Assembly: GCA_965112735.1 (NCBI GenBank)
Contig: OZ218961.1
Span: 2,666,001-2,730,000, forward strand
Length of the DNA stretch: 64,000 nucleotides
Source of the DNA: Phaeosaccion multiseriatum
Lineage: Eukaryota; Protista; Ochrophyta, other classes
Direction: 5' to 3'
The notes under the pieces are model-generated. The model had not been told where the DNA came from. It did not search any database and saw nothing but the letters and a program-made list of their open reading frames with translations. The translations under genes and the position numbers were made by a program. Each line of letters begins with the position of its first letter. Position 1 is the first letter of the stretch. This document shows, piece by piece, positions 38,531 to 50,702 of this stretch.

Positions 38531-39215
38531 ATGTATGGTGGAGCAGCTGCATCCCCGCCGTCTGCCCAGCATTCCCCTCCAACCCCCTACCGAACATGGA
38601 CCCTTCCTTCCCCACTTATCGAGGTGCGGGGCGACCTGCGTATTATCGATGTGGCTGCCGCTTCCATTGCCCTTCCAATGGGAGCAAGCTCCGACAACGC
38701 CGAAGACGCAAACAGCAGCCCAGGTCAGTGAGACGATAACCGCGATTCGTGTAGTACAAAGGGCCTGCTTACCACCTTCCCTCAGGCTCAAAGACCCATC
38801 TCTTCCCCTTTCTTGCTTGGTATTGGAAAACAGCATCGCTTCCGGGCGTAAGCAACGTGAATGGCAACGCCGATGATACGAATGGCAGCAGAACAGCCTC
38901 AGGAGAAGCGAGACAGCAGCAGGAGTGCCAGCACCAGCCTCAGCAGCAGGTGATCGTTCTCGTGTTGTCAGATTCCTCCATCGTCGTGTTGAGGCGCTGC
39001 GAGGACGTGGGGGGGCAAGGCGACGCGGGATGGCACACACGCCATGTCCCCTCCTCTCGCGCTGCTGGTCCTGCTGGCATTGGCGCGCAGGAAGGGGGCT
39101 GGTCTTGTTGGGCCGTCAAGTGGCCTTGGCAGGGAGACCGCCCCCTCACCGTCAGCCTCTCTCCCGACGCTCAGACGGCCGTGTGTGTCACAGGTGTGTG
39201 TGTGTGTGTGTTTGT

Positions 39216-39259
<44 letters not shown>

Positions 39260-39837
39260 GTGTGTGCGTGTGTGCGCGCGTGTGTGCGCATGTGACAGTG
39301 AGCTACAGTATGCACAGAGCTAGCACAACTATCAGACCGGCCCTGTGGTGTGTGGGCCGTCTTTCTCTGGGAGATCGTGTGGAGAGTTTGCCCCTTTGGA
39401 TAGGATTCCACTCTCCATCTCTGTCAACGCGTACACTTGTAAACCACCCCTCCCCTCCTCACCCCCGCCCTCTCTCTCTATATCTATCTTATCTCTCTTC
39501 TCTCTCTTGCCTTGCCTTGACCCGTGTCTGCAGAGGCGCTCAAGGTTGCCCTCCTCCCTGTGCACAAGCTTCAGGCGGCAGTGGGGGACAACGAGGAAGG
39601 CAGCAACAACGTCCTTGTTGGTGGGAAAGGAGTGGGAGGAGGAAGGGGCGAAGGAGGAGGAGACGCAGGAGGAACATTCTACACCTCGCTCCTCGGAGGA
39701 CCGAGCCTGTTTGATATCACCAGAGGGAGCAAGGAGAGACAGTCGGAACTGATTACGGAGGATGGGACGGCGCTAAGAGATGCGGACATCGAGCCTATCA
39801 TCATTACCTCGCTCCGACCAGCCTTGGACCAGGAGAG

Positions 39838-39877
<40 letters not shown>

Positions 39878-41293
39878 CAGGAGCAGCAAGAGCGGCGCAA
39901 GCCGAAGAAGCAAGGGTGGGGTATGCTCTTAGGAGGGGGCGATGGAAGGGATGAGCTCCGGCGGGGGGGGGGGTCGATGGACTATGCGACGTCCCCACGC
40001 TCCTCCTCCCCCTTGTTCTCCTCTTCCTCCTCCTGCCCTCCTCCGTGTCTGTGGTGGCAGACGGCTCAAGGGGAGCACATTGCCATCGTGGGTGGGCCTG
40101 GATGTACCCTTTGCTTTGTTGACCTTCACCACCGAAGGTCGTGGACTGTGCCTGTCCTGTCGAAGAGAGACGACAACTCTGCCACCACCGATAAGAAAGG
40201 AGGGAGGAAGGGGAAGGAAGCAGGCAGCAGCAGCAGCAGCAGCAACAGCAGAGATGGGGGAGGAGACGGTGGTGGGGCTAACAACGGTGGCGGCAGAGGC
40301 ATTGGTCTCGCTCCTCTTGTCATCACGTCGCTGCAACTGGCCTCGGCCCTCGTTCCCGCTACAACGGCGGCTCCCCATCATGGGGGTTCCGAGACAGTAC
40401 GCGCGGGTGGTCGGCAGGGTGCGTCAAAGGTTGCGCCACGTACACCAGCAGAAGAGGGAGAGGGAGACGGTGCAACAGGTCTGTGTGTCGAGGCATCGTC
40501 CGTTGTCCGGTGCCTTGGGTCCTTCATTCTGTTGTCTGTTGTTGGTTGTCCGCTCATCATTGTCCCCCCTCTTGATGCTTGGTCGCTCCAGCGTCTGTCT
40601 GTCCTCCTCACCGTCATTCAATCACCTTCATGCCAACCCTTTTCTGCTTTACTACGATACGAGCCCACCTCCCTCTAGACTTCTTTCCTCAATCCGCAGC
40701 CCCTCCCTCCCTCCCTCCGTCCCGCCCCTTCCATTTTTCTCTTCGGCGGGGCCTCTGCCGTAGGTGGTGGCTCCATTGAGAGGTATCTGTTGGTGAGCCT
40801 CGGCTGCACCACAGATTCAGACACAGAGTTCTCGGGTACCACGACCACGTCCAGCAACAGTCGTACCACCAACAGTACCAGCAGCAGGGTCACAGATGGC
40901 ACCGACTCCCACGTTGCTGACTTTGAAGAGAAGGTGGTGTACCGTCTGGCACTAGAGAAGGGCTTGCACCCCGCCTCGAGCAGCAACGGAGTGGCGGACG
41001 TCCTCAGTAGTTCGAGTCAGAGTCTTGCCCGGGCGGGCACGGCGTACCAGCGGCTCACTCGACACCACGGCACCACAGAGACTGCTTCTACTATAAGTCG
41101 AAGTGGAAAGATGATGCCCATATTGACGACTTCCTCGTCTTCGTTCTTGTCCTTCCACCCTCAGAGGATGTTCCCCAATACGGCTCCTTCGAGTAGTGCC
41201 GGTGCCAAGCCCCTTCCTCCTGCTACATCACCCCCTGGCGACAGGGTGGGCCGAGCAGCCGAGACTCGTGGTCACAGGAGGAGCTGGAGCAAG

Positions 41294-41327
<34 letters not shown>

Positions 41328-43724
41328 CAGAGATGTCTGGAACGGGGACGGGAGGGCTGCAAGTTAGGGTAGTGCAAGGCGGCGCGGCATATGCATCCGG
41401 AAACCACTATCATCTACTGCCTTCTTCCTCCTCCTCCTCCTCGCGAGCAGCATCGTCAGCAGCACAGGAGGGGCCTTCTGGTGCCATCGTCGTCTCGGAG
41501 GAAGTAGGGAGGAGAAGGGAGGGGCTTCTTGGATGGCAGTCGACGCCGATGACAGCAGCCGCAGCCGCAGCCGTGGTGTTCGCGCCGGCCAGGGCTTGGC
41601 TCACAGCGTACGACGACCTGTCTGCACTCCTCTCAGATGCAGACCTTGAGGAGGATAGGAAGAGCCCCGCATGGCTGCCGGAGCATTGCTTTCTTCCTCC
41701 CGTCTTGGACAGAGTCCATCTGCTGGCCGCCTCGCGTTACTACTCCTTCTTCGTCGGCAGCCGCCGCCATCGTCCGTCATCTCCTTCGTTTCCGCCCCCA
41801 GGTGTGCCACCGCCACCAGAGGCAGACACCTCCAGAGCATGGGTTATGGTCTTGGCCTCTCCTCCTCCCCCCCGTCCACCTTCTTCTTGTTCATCTTCGT
41901 CCGACGGCCGTGGCGGTGGTGGTCGTGAGGGGTGCCGTGATGGCTTCCAATCGGAGCAGCAGCAGGGACAGGTGCGAGACAGTGAGCTTCAGTGCAGGGT
42001 GGAGTTAGTCCCGCTTCTTTGCGGCGAGTCATCGCTGCAGGATGCAATCAGAGGAGTCAAAGTGTTAAGCGAAGCCTCGTCCGCTACAGGATGGAGTGGA
42101 CGGCAGGAGGAGGGAGAGGAGAGGGGGGCTGCGGGGCGGCGAGAAGCCTCCTGTGTGCTCCTGTGGAGCGGCCGCCAGCTTGTCCTGGCCCATTTTAACG
42201 CCCCGCGTTGTTGGCGGAGTCAAGAAGAGGTGCGAGGGAAGCAGCAGCCGCGGGAGGATGATGGCAATGAAGAAGGAGCGAGGAGGGAGGGTGAGGAAGG
42301 GGATGCACTCCACGCGAAACATGGGACTGTAGATGTGCCGAAGCGCGAGAAGAGGACAGGTGGTGAACGCCATGACCAGGAAGTAGTGGTAGATGAGGAG
42401 GGGGAGGGGGAGGAGGAGGAGGAGGAGGAGGAGGAGGAGGAGGAGGAGGAGGAGGAGGAGGAGGAGGAGGAGGAGGAGGAGGAAGAGGATGATGATGTTG
42501 ATGATGATGACGAGGGGCAAGGGCAGGAGGAGCAAGAAGAGGAGAAGCACCAGCAGCAGCAGCAGGGTCCACAGGGTTCCGTGGATGGAGGAGGAAGGGG
42601 AGATGGCCAGAGGGACGAGGACGAAGAGTCGAAAGAGAGCGAGTACAGACGTGAGGAGGAGGAGGAGGAGGAGGAGGTGGAAGACGGGGGGACAGAGGTC
42701 GACCGCGACGAAGTTCAGCAGTCGGCGGCGCCAGCGCAAAGACAAAATGTACGGGTTGAGGTAAGCGTGGAGGAAAGCACCTGCAGAAGTAGTATTGCTG
42801 TCAGCGGTACCCCTGCTGCTCCTCCTCTTCCTCCTCCTTTCCATCTCGTGCTCGTGCGCCGAGACGGAAGAGACGGAAGGCGGGTAGCAAGGGCGAGCAG
42901 CGGCAGTGGTGAGGAGGGTGGGCTGATGATGGCGCCCCCCGGCCATTATGGGTTGCACTTCCGTAACGGTCAGGCGGCACGCAGGGCACAGCAGTTGTAT
43001 CTCCAGGGGAACTTACAGTTGGCGATCCAAACGGCGATGGAGGGGCTGGGTGTCTTGGGCACGGAGGGGGAGGAGGCATCAGCAGGAATAGGAGGAGAGG
43101 GAGGAGGAGGAGGAGCACTAGCAGCAGCAGCAGGAGGAGGAGTAGGAGCAGGAGATGGAGGAGGGGGGGGGAGTACAGGTGAGTGGAAGGAAATGCAACG
43201 GGGAAAATGAGGGAAGAAGGGGAGGATATGCGCGAGGATAGAGGCTTTCCATTCTTCTTTGGTTCTTCTGGTTCTTCGCCCTCTTGCCTGCCCACCGTGC
43301 TTTCTCCTACCCCGTCCCCATGCCCATGTGCCCTTTTATACCCATACGCCTTTCTATGCCCGCACAGAGCGTTTCCGAGGCGGCTTGACCGTCAGGATGC
43401 TGCGCGAAGACTTGGCGAACAGCCTCGTCGGCTGGATGCTGGAGTGGGAGGAGTCTCACTTTTTCCAACACTTCCGAGAGATCCCCTCCAGCGACGGCGA
43501 GGCATGCGAGCATGGCAACGGCACAGAGGCCTCTTTGGGGAGGCTTCCTTTCTTGCCAGCCTTTGCTGGGGAACAGTCGCTCCTCCCGACAGCCGCGGTG
43601 GGTGCTTACTCCTCTTCTGCTTCGGCTCCGCCACCCCCCGGACGAGGCAGTCGCAGCGTCAGCGGCAGTAGCAGCAGCAGCAGCACTGCACGGAGCGAGT
43701 CTGGGCTCCCCGTCAGACCACTCC

Positions 43725-43759
<35 letters not shown>

Positions 43760-43897
43760 ACACTGCCACCGCTTACTTTGGAAGCGTTCTTGACGCGGTG
43801 CGCCGACTATGATATGTGCACCGCAACCAAAGCTCTTCTCTCTCGCGGCAAGAGAGGTCTCGCGCTCAAGGCTGCCGTCGAGCGAGACAAGCGAGAC

Positions 43898-43940
<43 letters not shown>

Positions 43941-44819
43941 TTCTCCTCCTTTCGCGCTCCCATTCCGCTCCTCACCTCGGCAGTGGAGGTGGTGCACGCA
44001 GCAGCAGTCGCTCTTCGTCTACAGCATCTGCCCCTTCTGCTTCTCCTTCTTCTGCTCCTTCTTGTGCTCCCTCTTCGGCAGTCGCCACGGTGCTGAGGAT
44101 CATTGCTGACGAGGCCTACGACCCCCATCTCTCGCAGGTAAAAGCAAAGTCACATACCCACAAAGCAATGCTCTGTTCTGTTCTGTTCCATTTTATCGTG
44201 GTGGTGTTGCTCTTTGTTTCGTGTCGATGCGGGAAGAAGTCCGTGTGTGCGTGCGTGCGCGCGTGGTGGGTGCGTGTGTGCGCAGGTGACACTTGTCTTC
44301 TTGTTGAGAAAAGGAAAATGATTCCAACGATGGTTGGGCCCGCCCCCTCCCTCCACGAGCATGCCATTATCCACACACCCTTGAGACCCTCCTCCCCCTC
44401 CCCTCCCCCCCTCCTCCCTCCCCCACCTCCCCCTCCAACCCCTTCCCCTCTCGACGTCGGACAGGCGGAGGTTGAGGTGCTGGCAGCGGGTGGGGCGCTT
44501 AGGGCTCTGCTCTGCCCCAAGGGGGGCTTGAGCCTGCTCCCTCCTACAGCTTCAGGAGGAGGAGGAGGAGGAGGAGGAGGAGGAGGAGGAGGAGGAGGAG
44601 GAGGAGGAGGAGGTACCACAAGCAGCAGCAGGAGCAAGAGGGCCAAGGCTGTTGGTGATACAAGCAACAGCCCCGTCGCTGATGGTCATGAGGAGGAGGA
44701 GGATGAGGAGGATGATGGTCCTGCATGTGATGAGGGCAGTCAAGCGCTCTTGATTCGGGACGTCCTGCCTGCCGAGGACATGCTGCGTGTGCTCCTCCTG
44801 CAAACTTCCTCGCCGCTGG

Positions 44820-44852
<33 letters not shown>

Positions 44853-46386
44853 TGCAGCAGCAGTTGGTGATACAGCAGCAGGAGGGCGGGGCTTGCTCCA
44901 ACCTACTGACAGCCATGCTGAACACACAGGTAGGCGGTGTGCAGAGGACTGAAATGGAATAACGGAGTGGAGACGTGTGTAGTGTGGCAAGAAGCCTTTT
45001 CGCTGCGCTTTGTGACTTTGGGAGGGAGCGGGGAAAAGAAGCGTATGGGTGTGGGGCAGATAGAGGCGTATGGGTGGGGCGGTGCTTGCATCTTGACTAC
45101 GATACCTCGCTCTGACCTCCTTCTTGATGCAGGTGAGGAGTCTGAAGGCGGTGCTACTGCCCCTGGCCCCGTGTGCCAGCCTGCAGGAAGCGACTCAAGT
45201 TACGTCTGCTCTGTGCCGCTGGTGTCTCACCATGTCGAGGGGAGACGGGGGCCTGGGCAGCAGCAGCAGGGGCAACAACGAGCACGTCTTGGCAGACGTG
45301 TTCGACGTGCTCTTTGCGTTCCTTCTGCGAATCACCACCATACCAAGCATGCAGCAGCACCAGCGGCAGTTGGTGGTACAGCAGCAGAAGCATTGGCAGC
45401 AGCACCGCGAACTCACTCTCCTCGGGCTGTTTGCCAGCGCCAACAGCAGCAGCTCCGACCCCCAACAAGCCTATCCCGGGCGAGCTCAGCACCACATCTT
45501 GAGTGAGCTCTTGGCTGAGCTTTCTCGTTTGCTGCCATCCGCCCAAGTCCCGACACCGAGTAGTGCTTGTACAAGCACATCCTCCTCCGTGGGTGCATGT
45601 CAGGCGTCCTCCGTGTCGTGCGCAATCGCTGCCCAGAGGGCACTGCTGGGTCTTGTTCGCACTGTGGACCCCCCGGCATCACCTGCTTCTCCTCCTTCTC
45701 CTTGTGCTCCTCCTCATTCCGCTCCCGCATTGGGCAAGTCGCAGCAACGTCCGCAACACCGACACCAACAGCCACAGCAGCAGCAGCAGCTCAAAGGAGA
45801 CTTGCAGTTGCAACCTGACAACCGCAGCAGGATGCGTTTCACTCACTTCGACCAGAGCTTGTTACTGCGCAAAGCCGGCGATGCCGGAAACTGGGCGCTG
45901 TGCGCCAGTATCCTCCTGTGTGGCGGATGCCCTCGGTGCGTGAGTGAGGGCGTGGGTGTGCGTGAGTGAGTGAGTGAGTGGGTAGGTGGGTGGGAGGACG
46001 GGGTGGGTGGGGGAGTGAGGGAGTGGGTGGGCTGAATATCAATCCCGGGGGGGCTCTCTGCGCTTCCATCATCACGCACCCGACGAAGTGCTCACCTTTT
46101 CTCCCTCGCTCCTGTCCCGTCCTCTTCGTCTTGCCCCTTTCCCCCCTGCTCTTGTCCATCTCACCAATAGTGAGGCTCTCCGTGTGTCCTTACTGGGTGT
46201 CCTCACCTTTGCCTCTGCTGAGGGTGATGGTGGTGGTGCAGGTAGTGGTGGAGCTGGTACCGGTTCTGCAGGGGTCATGCTCCCTGCCTCGGAGCTGCTG
46301 AGCAGGCTGAATGCAGTCTTGAAAGGAAACCCCCCTGTGCGTGGGAAGGACGGGTGGACCGGGCACGCGCATCATGACGAGCAGCG

Positions 46387-46421
<35 letters not shown>

Positions 46422-46975
46422 GGAAGGAGAAGGAGGAGGAGGAGGAGGAGGAGGAGGAGGAGGAGGAGGAGGAGGAGGAGGAGGAGGGGGCGGGGCAGAG
46501 GAAGCAGTGCACAGAGGCTCGGCAAAAGTGCGCGCGTTTTCTCTGTCATCTGTTGGGCGAACTGTCACTGCCAACGGGAAGCATGGTAGAGCTCCTCACG
46601 ACAAACGTAGTGTGGGTCGGGGGCCGCAGCAATCGGCCTCTTGCAGACGTGCTGTGTGTGTGGAGGTACTTGGGGCTGCCCACAGAGGCATTGGAAGAGA
46701 CACTGCTTCGCGTCGTTACCGACCATCCGAAGGCGGCGATGCTTCTCGCGGACATTCTGCTCTGCTCCGAGCGACATGAGGACGAGGCTCATCACGCGTA
46801 TTTCAGCAGTGCCCTGCGGCGGAGGAGGACGAAGAGCGAGCGGCCCACGAGAGAGCGCGGTGGGAGGGACCCCTGGTACATTGGGATTCATCACAGTGAC
46901 CAGGAGGGGTACGTGTATGAGGGTGGTGAGGGCGACGGCGACGACGACGACGACGAAGACGACGACGACGACGAC

Positions 46976-47007
<32 letters not shown>

Positions 47008-47284
47008 GGATGATGATGAAGATGACGAAAGAGGCGTTGTCGAGCCCATGGTGGCCACTCGCCCTGCTGCCCATAGGACTTCTACCATGTCTTCGCGAGA
47101 AGAAGCCGCTGCTGGGCGGAGGAAGAGAACGTACTCCCGTGCTCGGCGGGAGGCGCAGGCAGACTCTCTGCAGCTGGCAGCGTGTCGGCAGTTACGATTC
47201 CGCACAAGCTTCCTGGCGGCGCTCTGCACGGCCTCTTTCTCATTATCGACTCTGGCGGGGGTTCTCTGTGTGCCCCATGAGTAG
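38531..47284 (+). CDS. Large multi-exon hypothetical protein, low-complexity rich, with a possible beta-propeller N-terminus. Approximate exons: 38531-38723, 38834-39193, 39534-40478, 40764-43178, 43368-44137, 44465-44929, 45133-45935, 46171-47284
   Basis: Long ORFs linked by GT-AG introns; phase checked at the first junction. Globular islands such as VSLSPDAQTAVCVT|EALKVALLPV and CLWWQTAQGEHIAIVGGPGCTLCFVDL. Confidence 0.6.
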
Positions 47285-48419
47285 GTCGGATGAAAACGAT
47301 GTATGTCTGCTTGGCAGATGGAAGAAGAACTGAAGCGGAGGGCGTGGGCGAGCTCTTCTTTGTCGCTCAGCTACCGCAAGACGTCGAAGAAGAGTACAAG
47401 AAGGGCAACAGAGGCAGTGGCAAGAAACTGAAGAAGAGGAAGACTACATCGTGCCCGTAAACCCCAAAGTGAGACCATTTGAGAAGGGCAGCCCCGGCGA
47501 CAACCAGGCCAGCAGCGAGAAGTCTGAGGATGGTGTGGTATTCAAATACACACACGATAGCAGCGTCAATGCATAGGCGATGCAAGGTGCTTTGACTACA
47601 TTCAGCAACGATGCGTATCCGTTCGGAGGGTTCGCGGTCGGGAGAAGTGGCAACCAGCCAAGGATGGCGGCATGAATCGAATGGCACCAAGGGGGGAGGG
47701 AAGGGGGCACGGACACGCAGGAGCTCGTCTGACACCACCATCGTTACCAACAGCAGCGAGGGCAGTGCGAGCACATAGTCGCTCTTGACGCGGCGCTTGG
47801 AAGGATTTACCATAACCGAGGAGGAGCACGATGACGTGGCCGGCGCTGTGAATAGTGAATTCGTCGAGCAAGGACCGCATCGGCAAGCAATCTCGAGGCT
47901 TACGCGAAGCCAACGAGGAGGAGGAAAACGCGCCTCCCTCGTCGGAGGAGGAAGCTCGGGCGGTGAAAGCGCAGGCCAAGAAGATCAAGAGTGACAAGGA
48001 GAAGGTGGGGTTGGTATGGTGCGCAGGAGATCAGGCTGTGGTCGGTCGTCTCAGGGATATCTCTCAGGCGTCTGGAAATTACGAACATGTACACGCCGAC
48101 AAGAAGCGAGTGGTTGGTACGGTGTGTATTATGTGCCGCATGGACGCAACAGACGAGAAGCCGGCTCAAGACGTTCCACCAACCTACTAAATATATGAAA
48201 GTCAGGACATGGCGATACCTGCGACCGTATGGCACAAGTGACCATTGTGTGACCTGAGGTTGGGCTCCTGTGTGATCAGTGGTGTTACATGGGATTGTAG
48301 CACCCTAGTGTGGCGACACGCATCTGATGGGGTGGGTGTTGGTGATTAGTAGGGAGAACCCCTGGTGGGTTGATCCTGGCCTGCAACTTGTAGCTTCAAG
48401 CGCCATGCTATGCATTGGG

Positions 48420-48850
48420 TATCTCGCGGGTGTGATGAGCAGGCGAGGGGGGGGCGGGGATGGACGGGATGTGCAAGAGGCATGCGCGTATCAGCAGGGA
48501 GGAGGCCGAGGAGAGGAGCAGCAGCGCTCAAGAAGCCCCTGCCCCCCGCGACGGCCGCCGCGAGGAGGGGGAGGCGTGTACGTCAGGGGGGACGCAAGAA
48601 GCGAGGAGCAAGGAAGCCGCACACCACCTCTCGCCCTGCTTCCGCTGCTCGTGGACAGGAGGAAGGGCAAGAGGAGGGGCACACCCGCCGCCCCCGTGCA
48701 GCCAAAAGAGGAAGGCACTCCGTGTGGGGGACGAGGTGCAGCCGCCCAAGAGATTCCGCAGGTACCATTGAGTGCATAGTGGGGCGGCGATGGGCTCACA
48801 GACGCTCGAGAGCGAGCGCGTGTGCGAAGGCAGGGCGGTGGCCATCCGTC
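48420..48850 (+). pseudogene. Degenerate Cys/His-rich (WRKY19-like zinc-finger repeat) relic, copy 1
   Basis: GMCKRH, Cys-rich fragments and frameshifts; 48430-48520 is homologous to the clearer relic at 56995-57090 on the other strand. Confidence 0.35.
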
Positions 48851-49166
48851 AGGCGTGATGTAATATCTACTACTACTACGTAATGCACAATCATATATTC
48901 ACACTGCAACCCCCTCTCTATTCTTCTCACATACTTCTGTTCCTCCTTCTCCCCTTTTTCCGCATCGCGACCCGAAAGCTGAAAGCTCCGGGCATAGCAC
49001 TTCCTGTCGACTGTGCCCGTTCCCGTCGAGCCCCATCGGCGATCCACTGCCGAAGCTCTCTGTCGCCCGCCTCTGTCTCTGCCTCGCGGAGGCTCTGCCG
49101 TATCTATGCCCATCCTCGTCCATACCAAAGGCCATGAGTACTAGAGAGCCGCGTGCTCCTCATGAG

Positions 49167-50475
49167 TCAGTCTTGATCAGTCACCCCCGCCCCTCCCCTC
49201 CCCCCCCTCCCGCTGCTCCTCCTCCCCCCTCCTCCTCCCGTGCCTCGGGGCCGTGCCTGGCCGGCGTTTGCCTGCTGCTCCTGCTGCTCCACTTGCTCCA
49301 GCGGCGGTCGGGATGGACGTTGCCGACGACTGTTCGAGCCTCTGCTGCCGCACTCTCCGTCGAACACCTGCCACGGCCGGACGAAGAGAAGGAGAGTCAG
49401 GGCAGAGCCGCTTGAGGGGACGCCACAATAGGTGGTGTGAAAAGGATCGACGAAAAGGATTGACAAGGCGGAGCGGTCATCTACTCGTGAATGAGCCAAT
49501 ACCTCATCTCAAATAGGGGGTAGGTTGGGCTTCGTTAGGAAACAAGCTGCTACAGCCAAAACACGTCACTTACATAGTCCATCCCCGCCCCGCAGCGGTT
49601 GGCATTCACCAAGCGACACGTGTTGGAGTACGTACTGTATGAGGTGCCGTCGTATGCACAGATTGGGGTGTAGTCGGCCGGACAGGCGGCAAGAGGGTCG
49701 CAAGGCCGCCGCCCTCCCTCCTCTTCCGCTGGAGTCTCAGCTGGACCGGCGCCATTAGCTGCCAGACACGAGCCCCCAGTTATCTCCCGCTGCAGGGCTT
49801 CGTGTTGCTCTGGGCTCAGCCTGTCCCACGGTGTCGGACTGTTGCACAAAGTCGTCACGTACATGGTAGCGTCGGACTCTGGCTCTTCTTTGTCGGCCGT
49901 TCCGAGGGGAAAGAGGTATCTGCGTGGGCGAGTGAGGGTCGAGAGGGCGCAGCAACAGCAGTAGAAGCAAGCTGAGCAAGGAGAGCCAGACAGGGGCGGG
50001 GCGACCAGCGACCCCCGGAGTGAAGGGGGCTGCCGTGTGATGCACGGATGAAGAGTAAAGCTTCACGCACCTCTCGCCCACGGTGAGACGGACGCCACAG
50101 GCGGCGCTGCTGGCCGGCGTTGAGATGCGTACGAACCTTCGCGGAGCCTCAAGGCCTCTGAAGTAGCTCCCGACTCCAACGCGATAGATCACTGCATTGC
50201 GTCCCTGGGAGTCCACAGGCGGCCCCTCTAGGTTCAGCACCTCTCCGCTCAGCAGGGTGTCTTGTTGATCCCGCACGAGAGAGGGAAGGGGAAGGGGAAA
50301 TTATATTAGAAGGAAGTGCTACTTAAAGCGCTACCTTTCTCTCTCTGTCTCTCTCCCACTCACCTGCAGATCTAATCTGGTGGCAGAAGGAGCGACGGGC
50401 ACAACGGCAGCTGCAAGCCTCACGGACAAGGCTACTGATACACACCAGAAGCAGGAAGGGGCGAGGGAGGAACAT
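49167..50475 (-). CDS. Secreted TIMP-like (NTR) domain + Kazal protease-inhibitor fusion, 282 aa, copy 1; exons 50475-50364, 50260-50071, 49919-49574, 49367-49167
   Basis: Signal peptide MFLPRPFLLLVCISSLVREA, then CSCRC..SFC..AD..GEV..YRVGV..FRG..ISTPASSAACGVRL.VGERYL..TLCN..PWDRLSPEQ..GSC (TIMP pattern), then Kazal C..CPADYTPICAYDG..YSNTC..NRC..DY|VFDGEC. The 849-nt spliced frame is intact. Confidence 0.82.
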
Positions 50476-50702
50476 TTTTCGCGAGCCGAGCCTTACCCCC
50501 CTTTTTACGACTTTAAGTTCCCTCTATCCTTCCTCTTGCTCTTCTTATACGTCTATACTGTCACTCCGCAAGCCCTCTCCCGTCAGTGCCTCCCGTCAGT
50601 GCCTCCCGTCCCGTCTGATGCACATCTGGTACCATCGGAAAAGGGCTCTCGTCCCCTCTCTCTCCACCTCATTAGGACTCAACCAAAGCAAAGCTTGTCA
50701 CC

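Noticed and set aside
47290-48250. Coding-like fragments (GELFFVAQL.., CIMC..) that might be a transposase relic
   Set aside because: Broken by stops and frameshifts, with no catalytic motif I can identify; too weak to call.
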